DNA of 64,000 bases, taken from contig PAOI01000023.1 of assembly GCA_002707985.1 (NCBI GenBank), forward strand, positions 1,483-65,482, read 5' to 3'. This DNA comes from Sphingomonas sp. Lineage in GTDB: Bacteria > Pseudomonadota > Alphaproteobacteria > Sphingomonadales > Sphingomonadaceae. The translations under genes were made by a program, and so were the position numbers. Of the stretch, positions 51,609 to 62,910 are shown in pieces. The notes below the pieces were generated by a model. That model was given only the letters and a program-made list of their open reading frames with translations. It ran no database searches and had not been told where the DNA came from. Within the stretch, counting starts at the first letter, position 1. Every line of letters starts with the position of its first letter.

Positions 51609-53592
51609 GCGGCGGCGAACCCGCTACGTACGTTCGCTGAAGCTGCGGCGCGCGCTCGTCATTCTGGGCGGGCTGGCGGCGTTCGCCTTCGCCATTTTCG
51701 GTTTCATCCGGCTGTTGCCCGAGCATCGTGATCCCGCGACCGCTCAGGCCGAGCTTGCCAAGAGCATCGCGGCGTTTCAGGCGAGCAACGCCAATGCGGC
51801 CCGTGCCCATGCCCTTCAGGCGGTGCGCGCTGACCCGAGTTCCGCCGCCGCGCATGCGATGCTGGCGCAGAGCTTGCTCGAACTCGACAACGGCCTGGCT
51901 GCAGAGGCTGAGCTCGATCTGGCGGAATCGCATGGCTATGACCCTGCGCGCACAAAGCATCTGCGCGCGCAGGCGCTGCTGTTGCAGGGCAATCCCGAAC
52001 GCGCGCTGGTGCTGGTGCAGGAAACCGCGCCACAGGATCGGGTCTATGGTCTGCGGATACGTGCGCGCATCCTGACGGCAATGGGCGATCTCGCGGCTGC
52101 GCGCGATGCGTTGGGAGCCGCCGTCGATGCGGCGCCCCGCGATCCGGCGGTCTGGACCGATATCGGTCGGTTCCGCCAGAGCACTGGCGATATCGGCGGG
52201 GCGATCGCGGCATCGCAGCGCGCGGTCGAACTGGCACCCGGGAACACAAATGCGCTGGTGCTGCGCGGCCAGATGGTGCGCGCGCAATTCGGGCTGGTGG
52301 CTTCGCTGCCGTGGTTCGAATCCGCATTGAAACGCGATCCCTGGCATCATGACGCGCTGATCGAATATGCCGCGACTTTGGGCGATCTGGGGCGCACGCG
52401 CGACATGCTCGAAACTGCCCGGCGCGCGCTGCAATCGCGGCCCGGCAGTCCGCAGGCCTATTATCTGATGGCGGTGCTCGCCGCGCGCGCGGACAATCTC
52501 GATCTCGCACGCGGACTGATGGCGCGTACCGAAGACGCGCTGGCCGATCTGCCGGGTGCGTTGCTGCTCGGCGGCACGCTCGACATCCAAGCGGGCGCCT
52601 ATGCCCAGGCGATCGATAAGCTCGGTCAACTGGTCGCGATGCAGCCGATGAACATCACTGCGCGCAAGCTGCTGGCGCTTGCCTATCTGCGCAGCGACGC
52701 CTCGCGCGACGGCATCAGCGTGCTGAAGCCGGTTGTCGCGCGTGCCGACGCGGACAGCTATTCGAAAATGCTGGTCGCGCGCGGGCTGGAGCGGATCGAT
52801 GATCGCGGACTGGCGGCGCGTTTCCTCGACTGGGCCGCCTATCCCACGCGCGGCGGGTCGCCTGCGTTCAGCGCCGATGACAGTGTCGCCGTCACGGACA
52901 TCGCCGCCAGGGAAAACCCCGGCGATCCGGATTCGATCATCCCCAATCTGCGCGCGCTGATCGATGCGGGTCAGGCGGATCGTGCGCTGGCGCGCGCGCG
53001 CGAAGTTGCGCGCGACAATCCGGGCGCGCCCGGATCGCATACGCTGCTCGGCGACATATTGATGCTCTCCGGCCAGCCGGCTGCAGCCGCCGGCGCCTAT
53101 CGCGACGCGGCATCGCTGTTGTTCGACGAAGCGGCGATGCTGCGACTGGTCGAAGCCTATCAGGCGAGCGGCAACCGCCAGGAAGCGGCGCGGGTGCTCG
53201 CATTGTTCCTGTCGCAAAATCCCAATAATCTCGCGGCCTTGCGCCTGACCGGTCACTGGCAACTGGCTGAGGGCGAATATGACGCCGCCATCGCGACGCT
53301 GGAGGGATTGCGCGAGCGGATCGGCGACCGCGATGTCGCGCTCAATATCGAACTGGCACAGGCCTATGCCGCGACCGGCGATGTCGATGCTGCGGTCGAC
53401 GCAGGGCAGGCGGCTTATTCGGTAGCGCCTGCCAATCCCGCCGCTGCCGATGCCTATGGCTGGGCGCTGTACAAGGCAGGCGATATCGAAGGCGCGGAGG
53501 AATTGCTGGTCAAGGCTGCCCGGACCGCGCCCGATCATATCGGGATTCGCGGGCATCTGAATGTCGTGCGCGCGGCAAAGGTGCGCGGCTGA
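51592..53592 (+). CDS. Membrane-anchored TPR protein (PrsT-like)
   Basis: N-terminal TM and repeated TPR-like helices ending in DAYGWALY; follows prsR. Confidence 0.8.
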   Translation: MTSSPRRRRTRYVRSLKLRRALVILGGLAAFAFAIFGFIRLLPEHRDPATAQAELAKSIAAFQASNANAARAHALQAVRADPSSAAAHAMLAQSLLELDNGLAAEAELDLAESHGYDPARTKHLRAQALLLQGNPERALVLVQETAPQDRVYGLRIRARILTAMGDLAAARDALGAAVDAAPRDPAVWTDIGRFRQSTGDIGGAIAASQRAVELAPGNTNALVLRGQMVRAQFGLVASLPWFESALKRDPWHHDALIEYAATLGDLGRTRDMLETARRALQSRPGSPQAYYLMAVLAARADNLDLARGLMARTEDALADLPGALLLGGTLDIQAGAYAQAIDKLGQLVAMQPMNITARKLLALAYLRSDASRDGISVLKPVVARADADSYSKMLVARGLERIDDRGLAARFLDWAAYPTRGGSPAFSADDSVAVTDIAARENPGDPDSIIPNLRALIDAGQADRALARAREVARDNPGAPGSHTLLGDILMLSGQPAAAAGAYRDAASLLFDEAAMLRLVEAYQASGNRQEAARVLALFLSQNPNNLAALRLTGHWQLAEGEYDAAIATLEGLRERIGDRDVALNIELAQAYAATGDVDAAVDAGQAAYSVAPANPAAADAYGWALYKAGDIEGAEELLVKAARTAPDHIGIRGHLNVVRAAKVRG

Positions 53593-53634
53593 GGCGGCTT
53601 TCGCGCCCTGCATCTCCGACTTATAGGCCATGGC

Positions 53635-54450
53635 ATGACCGATCCGATGACGCGCATTGCCGAGGCGCTTGAGCGGCTGGCGCCGCCTTTGCCCTCGCCG
53701 GCCGATCCGATGGCGAACTCCGCCTATGTGTGGCGGCGCGGCACATTGGTGGCGGCGCGCGAGTTCGCGCCGTTGCCGCTGGCGCTGCTGCGCGGCGTCG
53801 ATCGCCAGCGCGAAATGCTGCTGGCCAACATGCACCGGCTGGCTGCCGGGCATGCGGCGCAGGACGTGCTGCTATGGGGGGCGCGCGGTACGGGCAAATC
53901 CGCATTGGTGAAAAGCACCGTGGCGGCGGTGCAGGAACAAGGCGGATCATTGGCGCTGGTCGAAACGGGTGCCGCGGATCTGGAAACCCTGCCCGAACTG
54001 TTCGCGCTGCTCGCCCCGGTCGCGCGCCGCTTCGCATTGTTCATCGATGATCTGGGCTTCGATGCGGCGTCGGACGCGCGCGCGCTGCGCTCGCTGCTCG
54101 AAGGCGGTGCGGAGGCGCGACCGGGCAATACCCGCCTGTTCGTCACGTCCAATCGCCGCCATCTGATCCCGCGCGACATCGCCGAGCAGGAAAGCGCGAT
54201 CAATCCGCGCGACAGCATCGACGACAATCTGGCGCTTGCCGACCGATTCGGCCTGAGCCTGGGCTTTCATGCGATCGATCAGGACATCTATCTCGACATC
54301 GTACACGGCTATGCGCAGGCGCACGGGCTTGAAGTCGACCCGGCCGATGCGCTGCAATGGGCGACGCGGCGCGGCAGCCGGTCGGGGCGTGTGGCGTGGC
54401 AATATGTCGTGGAGATTGCGGGCCGTGCCGGGAAGAGCCTTTCAATCTAG
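53635..54450 (+). CDS. DUF815-family AAA+ ATPase
   Basis: LLWGARGTGKS, FIDDLGF, TSNRRHL, LADRFGL, SGRVAWQY. Confidence 0.9.
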   Translation: MTDPMTRIAEALERLAPPLPSPADPMANSAYVWRRGTLVAAREFAPLPLALLRGVDRQREMLLANMHRLAAGHAAQDVLLWGARGTGKSALVKSTVAAVQEQGGSLALVETGAADLETLPELFALLAPVARRFALFIDDLGFDAASDARALRSLLEGGAEARPGNTRLFVTSNRRHLIPRDIAEQESAINPRDSIDDNLALADRFGLSLGFHAIDQDIYLDIVHGYAQAHGLEVDPADALQWATRRGSRSGRVAWQYVVEIAGRAGKSLSI

Positions 54451-54509
54451 CTGATTCAGATCAAGATTGCGGTGAATCGCTTGACTTTGTTCGGAAAATA
54501 GCTGCCATC

Positions 54510-55532
54510 ATGACGCCGATGGCGCGTATCGGCGAACTTGATCTTCCCGCCCGGCTGGCCCCGGCAGTTCCCCCGGTCGCGACTCAGATCGGCTTCGGCT
54601 TGCTGTGTGCCGCAGCGGTCGTCTTAGTGCGCGGGGCCGTCGATCTCATGGCTCCGGCGGCAGGCCCCTATGCGCTGGGATATCTGGCCGTCATGGTCGC
54701 TACTCTGTTCGCCCGCTGGCCGTCGGGTGCGATCACGGCAGTCGTCACGATATTCTATAGCTGGTATTTCGTACTTCCGGTCTTCACCAGCTTCCAGTTT
54801 CAGAACCCGCTCGATGGTCCGCGCACGCTGGTCAACGCGCTTGCCTATGCTGCGATCGTTGTGATTGCAGAGCTGTTTCGTCGGGCGGTGCGCAGGGCGG
54901 TGGCAGAACGCGACCGGGAAGTGGCCGAGCGCGATCTGTTCCTCGAGGAATTTGACCATCGCGTGAAAAACAATTTCGCGCTGGTGGCGAGCCTGCTCGA
55001 CCTGCAGCGGCGACGGGCAGCCGATCCCGCTACTGCAGAAGCGCTCTCCCGCGCGCAGACGCGGATCGAGAGCATCGCTCGCGCCCATCGCCATCTGTAT
55101 CGCGGTGGCGGCGGCATCGATACTGTCGACATGAATGTCTATCTGCGCGAGCTTTGTTCGGCGCTGTCCGAGGCATTGTTTCTGCGCGCGACCATTACGC
55201 TTGGTTGCGAAGCGGACCATGTCCCGATGCCGCGCGACCGCGCGGTTTCAATCGGCCTGGTCGTCAACGAACTGGTGACCAACGCCGCCAAGCACGCCTT
55301 TGTAGGGCGCGACGCGGGCATGATCCAGGTGCGCTTTTCCAGAAGCGAAGGCGGTTGGGTGTTACAGGTTACCGACAACGGCATCGGCATACCCGAGGAA
55401 ATGCAAATCAAAGGGCGCGAGGGCGGCCTTGGTCAGCGGCTGGTCACCGCCTTTGCCGGTCAGGCCGGGGGCACGCTTTCCACCGAAAGCGGCCCCGGCG
55501 GTACGGTGACGACGCTCAGCCTCGCGCCCTGA
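54510..55532 (+). CDS. Membrane sensor histidine kinase, HisKA_2 type
   Basis: Four TM segments (DUF4118-like), EFDHRVKNNF, NELVTNAAKHAF, DNGIG. Confidence 0.9.
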   Translation: MTPMARIGELDLPARLAPAVPPVATQIGFGLLCAAAVVLVRGAVDLMAPAAGPYALGYLAVMVATLFARWPSGAITAVVTIFYSWYFVLPVFTSFQFQNPLDGPRTLVNALAYAAIVVIAELFRRAVRRAVAERDREVAERDLFLEEFDHRVKNNFALVASLLDLQRRRAADPATAEALSRAQTRIESIARAHRHLYRGGGGIDTVDMNVYLRELCSALSEALFLRATITLGCEADHVPMPRDRAVSIGLVVNELVTNAAKHAFVGRDAGMIQVRFSRSEGGWVLQVTDNGIGIPEEMQIKGREGGLGQRLVTAFAGQAGGTLSTESGPGGTVTTLSLAP

Positions 55533-55537
55533 TCTTC

Positions 55538-55873
55538 TTATTCGCAGGCGAGATCGGCGCGGTCGATCGTGCGACCGGCGGCGCCGCCGGCGAGGGCGCC
55601 GAGGATGGTACCGATGGTCTTCGATCCACCCGGCGCGATCAGGTTGCCGAGCACGCCGCCCGCAGCCGCACCGACCAGCGTGCCGGTCGTGCCGTCCTCA
55701 CGGCGGCAATAATAGCGTCCCTGCGCGTCGCGATAGATGGTGACATTGTCGCTCATCGCGCGCTGGTCATATACGCGCTCGCCCGGGCCGAAGATATTGC
55801 CCTGCTGGGTGCACGCGCTCATCGGCACGGCGGCGGTGGCAATGGCGGCGGCGGCGATCAATTTGTTACGCAT
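55538..55873 (-). CDS. Glycine-zipper 2TM lipoprotein
   Basis: Lipobox MSAC; GTLVGAAAGGVLG...GTILGALAGGAAG. Confidence 0.88.
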   Translation of the reverse strand: MRNKLIAAAAIATAAVPMSACTQQGNIFGPGERVYDQRAMSDNVTIYRDAQGRYYCRREDGTTGTLVGAAAGGVLGNLIAPGGSKTIGTILGALAGGAAGRTIDRADLACE

Positions 55874-55918
55874 GGTTCCGGTCTCCTCGCGGCATTCTCA
55901 TGGTTGTTGAGATGTGCG

Positions 55919-55944
55919 AACGGACCGGACGCCGAATTGTTTCC
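55919..55944 (-). promoter_or_regulatory. Putative EcfG (general stress sigma factor) promoter
   Basis: Minus strand GAAAC-N16-CGTT, 45 bp before the lipoprotein start; consensus is GGAAC-N16/17-CGTT. Confidence 0.6.
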
Positions 55945-55958
55945 ATCGCGAAATGCGA

Positions 55959-57740
<1,782 letters not shown>

Positions 57741-57798
57741 GGCCCGCGCGCTATCGTGCCGAAGGGCCGCGCGCAAGTTACCGTCGCATTACCGGCCC

Positions 57799-57814
57799 AT
57801 TCATGGGCTATTCA
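57799..57814 (+). promoter_or_regulatory. Direct repeat, candidate OmpR-family binding site
   Basis: ATTCA-N6-ATTCA (11-bp period) upstream of the two-component operon. Confidence 0.45.
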
Positions 57815-57838
57815 ACGGGGCGCCTCTATGCAATGTCG

Positions 57839-58177
57839 ATGGCAATGGTCTGGAAATCCTGTCTGTCCATAGGCGTGGCAGCTATCGCGCTGTGGAGCGC
57901 GGCGCCTGCGCATGCGCAGGCGAAATATGTGCCTGCGAGCAGCCAGGACGCACAAAGCCAGGCTGCGGTACGCCAGCAAAACGGCCAGAATCTGCCCGCG
58001 CGCGAAATCGAGCGCCGGGTCGTTCCACAGGTACGTGGCGCACAGTATCTGGGATTCGACTATGATCCCGAAACGAACGTTTACACGCTCAAATTCCTGC
58101 GCGATGATTCGGTGATATGGGTGGACGTCAATGGCCGCAGCGGTCAGGTCGTCCGCCGCTCCGGCGGCTCGCGCTGA
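57839..58177 (+). CDS. Small exported PepSY-like protein (FeuN-like position)
   Basis: Signal peptide ending AHA; YTLKF...WVDVNGRSGQV. Start uncertain (57827-57845). Confidence 0.7.
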   Translation: MAMVWKSCLSIGVAAIALWSAAPAHAQAKYVPASSQDAQSQAAVRQQNGQNLPAREIERRVVPQVRGAQYLGFDYDPETNVYTLKFLRDDSVIWVDVNGRSGQVVRRSGGSR

Positions 58178-58202
58178 GAGCCAGTCCTGACGGGAAGACG
58201 AC

Positions 58203-58877
58203 ATGCGCATTTTGATCGTTGAAGACGAACCCACGCTCGGCCAGCAGCTTCGCAACGCGCTCGAAGGCGCGGGCTATGCAGTCGATCTCGCCACCGATGG
58301 CGAGGACGGGCATTTTCTGGGTTCGACCGAAACCTATGACGCCGTGGTGCTCGACCTCGGCCTTCCCGAAATCGACGGGCTGACCGTGCTCGACCGCTGG
58401 CGGCGTGAGGGCAAGACGACTCCGGTGCTCGTGCTGACGGCGCGTGACAGCTGGTCGGACAAGGTTGCCGGGCTCGATGCCGGCGCCGACGATTATGTCG
58501 CCAAGCCGTTTCAGACCGAGGAGCTGATCGCCCGCCTCCGCGCACTGATTCGCCGCGCATCGGGCAATGCCTCGGCCGAGCTGACCGCAGGCGACATCCG
58601 TCTCGACACGCGTTCGGGCAAGGTGACCAAGGCGGGCGAGCCGGTGAAGCTGACCGCGCAGGAATATAAGCTGCTCAGTTATCTGCTCCATCACAAGGGC
58701 AAGGTGGTGAGCCGCACCGAACTGATCGAACATATCTATGATCAGGATTTCGATCGCGATTCGAACACGATCGAAGTGTTCGTGACGCGCATCCGCAAGA
58801 AGCTGGGCGCCGATACGATCACCACCATTCGCGGGCTGGGCTACAGCCTCGAGGAACCCGCCGAAGCGGCATCGTGA
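58203..58877 (+). CDS. OmpR-family response regulator, FeuP-like
   Basis: LDLGLP, LTARDSWSDKVAG, EHIYDQDFDRDSNTIEVFV. Confidence 0.93.
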   Translation: MRILIVEDEPTLGQQLRNALEGAGYAVDLATDGEDGHFLGSTETYDAVVLDLGLPEIDGLTVLDRWRREGKTTPVLVLTARDSWSDKVAGLDAGADDYVAKPFQTEELIARLRALIRRASGNASAELTAGDIRLDTRSGKVTKAGEPVKLTAQEYKLLSYLLHHKGKVVSRTELIEHIYDQDFDRDSNTIEVFVTRIRKKLGADTITTIRGLGYSLEEPAEAAS

Positions 58878-58921
58878 TCGCGCTCCCGGGCGCGCGGTAG
58901 CAGACAGGAGACGTTTGCGCC

Positions 58922-60298
58922 GTGGCCGACGCCGAACCCAGTTTTCAGCCGCGCTCCTATCTGCGGGTGACCGGATCGGTCAGCCGCCGGATGATATTCG
59001 TCGCGGCGGCGTGGATCATGGTGCTGCTGACCGGCGGCGGCATCGCGCTGAACGGCGTGCTGACGGCCGCCTTCACCAGGAATTTCGACGATCAGCTCGA
59101 ATTCCTGCTCTATTCGATCATCGCCTCGGCCGAATTCGGCCCCGACGGTAGGCTGGTGCTGAGCCGCGAGCCCGCCGATCAGCGGTTCCTCGAACCCTTT
59201 TCGGGCGCCTATTATCAGATCAGCAGCAACGAAACCGGCATCTATTACCCCTCGCGCTCGCTGTGGGACTGGCGGCTGACGACCGACGAGGATCACAACG
59301 ACCAGGCGATGCACATCTATAACAGCACGCAGTTCGATCAGGATCTGCGCGTTGCCGAACGCGACCTGACGCTGCCCGGATCGCCGATACGTTGGCGGTT
59401 TCAGGTGGCCGAATCGCGCGCGACGCTCGATGCGCAGCTTTCGCAGCTACGGCGCACGCTGGTGCGCAGCTTCCTGATCCTCGGGCTCGGGCTGATGCTG
59501 ATGGTGGCGTTGCAGACCTGGTACGGCCTCGGGCCGCTGCGCAAGGTGCGCGCCGAACTGGCGAAGATGCGCGCGGGACAATCGAAGCGGATCGAAGGGC
59601 CGATGCCTGCCGAAGTCGCGCCGATGGTCGAGGAGCTGAACGCGCTCGTTGAACATAACGACAAACAGGCGGAGGAAGCGCGCATGCATGCGGGCAACCT
59701 CGCCCATGCGCTCAAGACGCCGCTGAGCGTGATCATGAACGCCGCAGCGGCGGGCCAGTCCGATCTTCCCGACGCGGTGATACGCGAGGCGCGGACGATG
59801 CGGCGCCAGATCGACCACCATCTTGCCCGCGCCCGGGCCGTGGGACGGCGCGGCAGTGCGCATAGCCGCGCGGAAATCTGGCCGGCGGTCGAGGCAGTCG
59901 AACGCGCCGTGGCGCGGCTCTATCCCAATGTCCGGATCGATATTGACGGGCAAAAGGATCTGGTGGCGCATATCGAACGTCAGGATCTCGACGATCTGCT
60001 CGGCAATCTGGTCGAAAACGCCGCGAAATATGGGGGCGGCAGCGTGTTCGTCACCGTCAGTGCGCAGGCCGGATGCGTCGAAATACTGGTCGAGGACGAC
60101 GGCGCCGGCATTCCCGAAGCCGACCGGCTGCGCATCTTCGATCGCGGCGTGCGGCTCGACAGCGGCAAACCGGGTACGGGTCTGGGCCTCGCGATCGTCC
60201 GCGACGTCGCGGAGATTTACGACGGCACGGTCAGCCTTGAGGAAAGCGAAGATCTGGGCGGCCTGCTCGTCCGGCTGCGCCTGCCGCTGGCGGGCTGA
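58922..60298 (+). CDS. Sensor histidine kinase, FeuQ/PhoQ-like
   Basis: Two TM segments, SRSLWD, GNLAHALKTPL, GNLVENAAKY, GTGLGLAIV. Confidence 0.92.
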   Translation: MADAEPSFQPRSYLRVTGSVSRRMIFVAAAWIMVLLTGGGIALNGVLTAAFTRNFDDQLEFLLYSIIASAEFGPDGRLVLSREPADQRFLEPFSGAYYQISSNETGIYYPSRSLWDWRLTTDEDHNDQAMHIYNSTQFDQDLRVAERDLTLPGSPIRWRFQVAESRATLDAQLSQLRRTLVRSFLILGLGLMLMVALQTWYGLGPLRKVRAELAKMRAGQSKRIEGPMPAEVAPMVEELNALVEHNDKQAEEARMHAGNLAHALKTPLSVIMNAAAAGQSDLPDAVIREARTMRRQIDHHLARARAVGRRGSAHSRAEIWPAVEAVERAVARLYPNVRIDIDGQKDLVAHIERQDLDDLLGNLVENAAKYGGGSVFVTVSAQAGCVEILVEDDGAGIPEADRLRIFDRGVRLDSGKPGTGLGLAIVRDVAEIYDGTVSLEESEDLGGLLVRLRLPLAG

Positions 60299-60412
60299 TT
60301 GCTTTTCAGCCCGAGCCGGACTGTGCCGAAGAGCGACAGATGCCCACGTTAACCATCTTGTTGTCATCGCCGGAACACTTATCCTGACCGCAGCAGCTTT
60401 GGGGGAAGCGCT

Positions 60413-61870
60413 GTGCACATTGCCGTCGAAATCGCCATTTTCTCGCTTTTCTTCATTGCCGAGATTGCGGTGCTTCTGGCGCTGGGGATCCTGAATTTCT
60501 TCACGGAATTCAAAATACCTTCGTTGGTATTCAATGGTGTGTACGGAATTGTCTCGGCCTTCTTCCTGGCGGCGAAGTTCTGGTTTCTGTTCGGCGTCTG
60601 GCACGGCTTCTTCCTGACCGTGGCCTGCGCGGTAGCTATCGGGGCAGCGCTGCTTGGATGGATCATCCAGGTGGCGTCCGGCAACTTCAGCGACGAGAAG
60701 AATCAGCGCGCCAATCTGGTTCAGGGCACAGCCAGCACGGTCACCTCCGGAAAGATCGAAAAATTGCTGATCGCGCTCAGCGCAGCGGCTTTCCTGACGA
60801 TTCTCGTCGTGGTGTTTCGATTGTCCTTTGCCTATCATGCGGGTGACGAAAGCGCATTGTCGCGAGCGTTGTTTCTCTATTTCAGCATCGGCGCGCTACC
60901 CGGCGTAGTCATCGGCCTGCGCCAGATCGCATCGATGGCCTTCGATCCCTTCATCGGGCCGGTTACGCGCAATGTTCTCGCCGCGGCGTCGATCGGCACG
61001 TTCGCGCTGGCATTGTGGCGGGCAATCTATCCGTTCCTGGAAGCGGGAATCGACCATCAGATCGTTCTGGGCGGCATTGCGCTCAGTTCGTTGTCGATCG
61101 CGATCCTGATCCTGATCCTGTATGTGGCGTTTGTGCTGTTTCCGCTATGGGCTGGCAGCCAGCGTTATCGCAGCGAAAGCGACGATATGCTTGCCAGAAC
61201 GCGCCGCCTGAACCGTGAGACAAGCGAGTTGATGGCCTTGCAGATGTCGCCCGATCTTTTCGAGCGGCAACGCAGTTTCCTGGTCTTTCGCCTGAACTCG
61301 CATCTGATCAAGATGTTCAAGAACGACAAGATGCTTCGCTTTTATGCGTTTGAGCGTTGGGCGCCGCGCGCGCTTTTCCATCAACGGCGCAAATGGCTTT
61401 CCAATCGGCATGTCTATCTGCCTCAATCGCCGGCGGAGGGGGAAGCGGCACCGCATGAGGATTGGCCGGTCTGGTTTGACCATCTGGTCGGAGCGAAGCG
61501 GGAAGCGCCATTTTATCCCGGCATCGAACTCCTGCGCGAAACCATTGTCGATGCACTGCCGGGATGGCTCGACCGGGTTCAGATCTTTGACGATCTGGTC
61601 AGCATCGAAATGGAGCTACGCGGCGCCACGCCGCAAAACGCCGGAGTGCTGGCGCGGATGGCGCTCGTGCGGCTGGAGAGCAATGCCGAGGAAAAGCAGC
61701 GCTCCACATTGACCGGATTGCTGGTTTCCGCAGTAAGCGTAGCATTAACGGTCGCGGTAGGCGCTTATCCCGATCGCATACGTGTGGGGCTCGACTGGGT
61801 GTTCGGAGGGCTGAGCTCGACCTCGACAACGGAGACCAGCGCGCCAATCCAGAGCTTGCGGGCGGACTAG
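60413..61870 (+). CDS. Hypothetical multi-pass membrane protein
   Basis: 485-aa ORF filling the gap; about 7 N-terminal TM segments, a soluble domain and a C-terminal TM; GTG start after GGGGGA. Confidence 0.65.
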   Translation: MHIAVEIAIFSLFFIAEIAVLLALGILNFFTEFKIPSLVFNGVYGIVSAFFLAAKFWFLFGVWHGFFLTVACAVAIGAALLGWIIQVASGNFSDEKNQRANLVQGTASTVTSGKIEKLLIALSAAAFLTILVVVFRLSFAYHAGDESALSRALFLYFSIGALPGVVIGLRQIASMAFDPFIGPVTRNVLAAASIGTFALALWRAIYPFLEAGIDHQIVLGGIALSSLSIAILILILYVAFVLFPLWAGSQRYRSESDDMLARTRRLNRETSELMALQMSPDLFERQRSFLVFRLNSHLIKMFKNDKMLRFYAFERWAPRALFHQRRKWLSNRHVYLPQSPAEGEAAPHEDWPVWFDHLVGAKREAPFYPGIELLRETIVDALPGWLDRVQIFDDLVSIEMELRGATPQNAGVLARMALVRLESNAEEKQRSTLTGLLVSAVSVALTVAVGAYPDRIRVGLDWVFGGLSSTSTTETSAPIQSLRAD

Positions 61871-62865
61871 GCCGGTTCGAGCGCGTGCATCGCTTCGGCG
61901 GCGATCGCAAAGCTGCGCTTGCGGGCTTCGAAATCATGGATCGAGCTGACGAACATGATCTCGTCGACTTGGGTGCGTTCGATAAAGGCGGCGATCTGTC
62001 GCGACACGCTTTCCGGACTGCCGATCGCGGCGCAGGACAGCACCGAATCGAGCACTGCATTTTCGCGCGGCCCCAGCGATTCGCGATAGCCGGGCACCGG
62101 GGGCGGCAGCGGAATGCCTTTTCCGGTGGTGCGGATCGCAACGAAGGTCTGCTGCGCCGACGTGGCGAGCAGCGCGGCTTCCTCGTCCGTGTCCGCAGCG
62201 AAGACATTGAAGCCGAGCATCACATGCGGTGTTTCGAGAACCTGCGACGGGCGGAAATTGCGGCGATAGGTCTCGATCGCCTCGTCCATCTGCCCCGGCG
62301 CGAAATGCGAGGCAAAGGCATAGGGGAGCCCCAGCACGGCGGCGAGTTGCGCGCCGAACAGGCTCGATCCCAATATCCATAGTTCGGGCCGCGCGCCGGC
62401 GCCGGGCACTGCCTGAATGCCGGTTTCGCCATCGTCGGCGAAATAGCTTTGCAGCTCCATGACGTCGCGGGGAAAGGCCTGCGGGTCGCTGGTCAGCGTT
62501 CGCCGCAACGCCTGTGCCACGCGCTGGTCCGATCCGGGTGCGCGACCGAGCCCCAGGTCGATGCGGCCGGGATAGAGCGCGTCGAGCGTGCCGAATTGTT
62601 CGGCGATCACCAGCGGCGCGTGATTGGGCAGCATGATGCCGCCCGCGCCGATCCGGATGCTTTGCGTGGCGGCGCCGACATGACCGATCACCACCGAAGT
62701 CGCGGCGCTGGCGATCCCGGCCATGCCGTGATGTTCGGCAACCCAATATCGTTTGTATCCGGTCGCTTCGGCATGGGCGGCGAGTTGCGCGGCCCGTGCC
62801 AGCGCTTCGCCAATAGTCCCGCCCTGAAGGACGGGAACCAGATCGAGCATCGCATAATCGGTCAT
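61867..62865 (-). CDS. LLM-class flavin-dependent oxidoreductase (luciferase-like)
   Basis: [39 protein letters not shown]. Confidence 0.93.
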   Translation of the reverse strand: MTDYAMLDLVPVLQGGTIGEALARAAQLAAHAEATGYKRYWVAEHHGMAGIASAATSVVIGHVGAATQSIRIGAGGIMLPNHAPLVIAEQFGTLDALYPGRIDLGLGRAPGSDQRVAQALRRTLTSDPQAFPRDVMELQSYFADDGETGIQAVPGAGARPELWILGSSLFGAQLAAVLGLPYAFASHFAPGQMDEAIETYRRNFRPSQVLETPHVMLGFNVFAADTDEEAALLATSAQQTFVAIRTTGKGIPLPPPVPGYRESLGPRENAVLDSVLSCAAIGSPESVSRQIAAFIERTQVDEIMFVSSIHDFEARKRSFAIAAEAMHALEPA

Positions 62866-62910
62866 GGTCGAAGAGATGGGGAGCCTGGCCCGGCTCCGCC
62901 ACTCCTCGCG

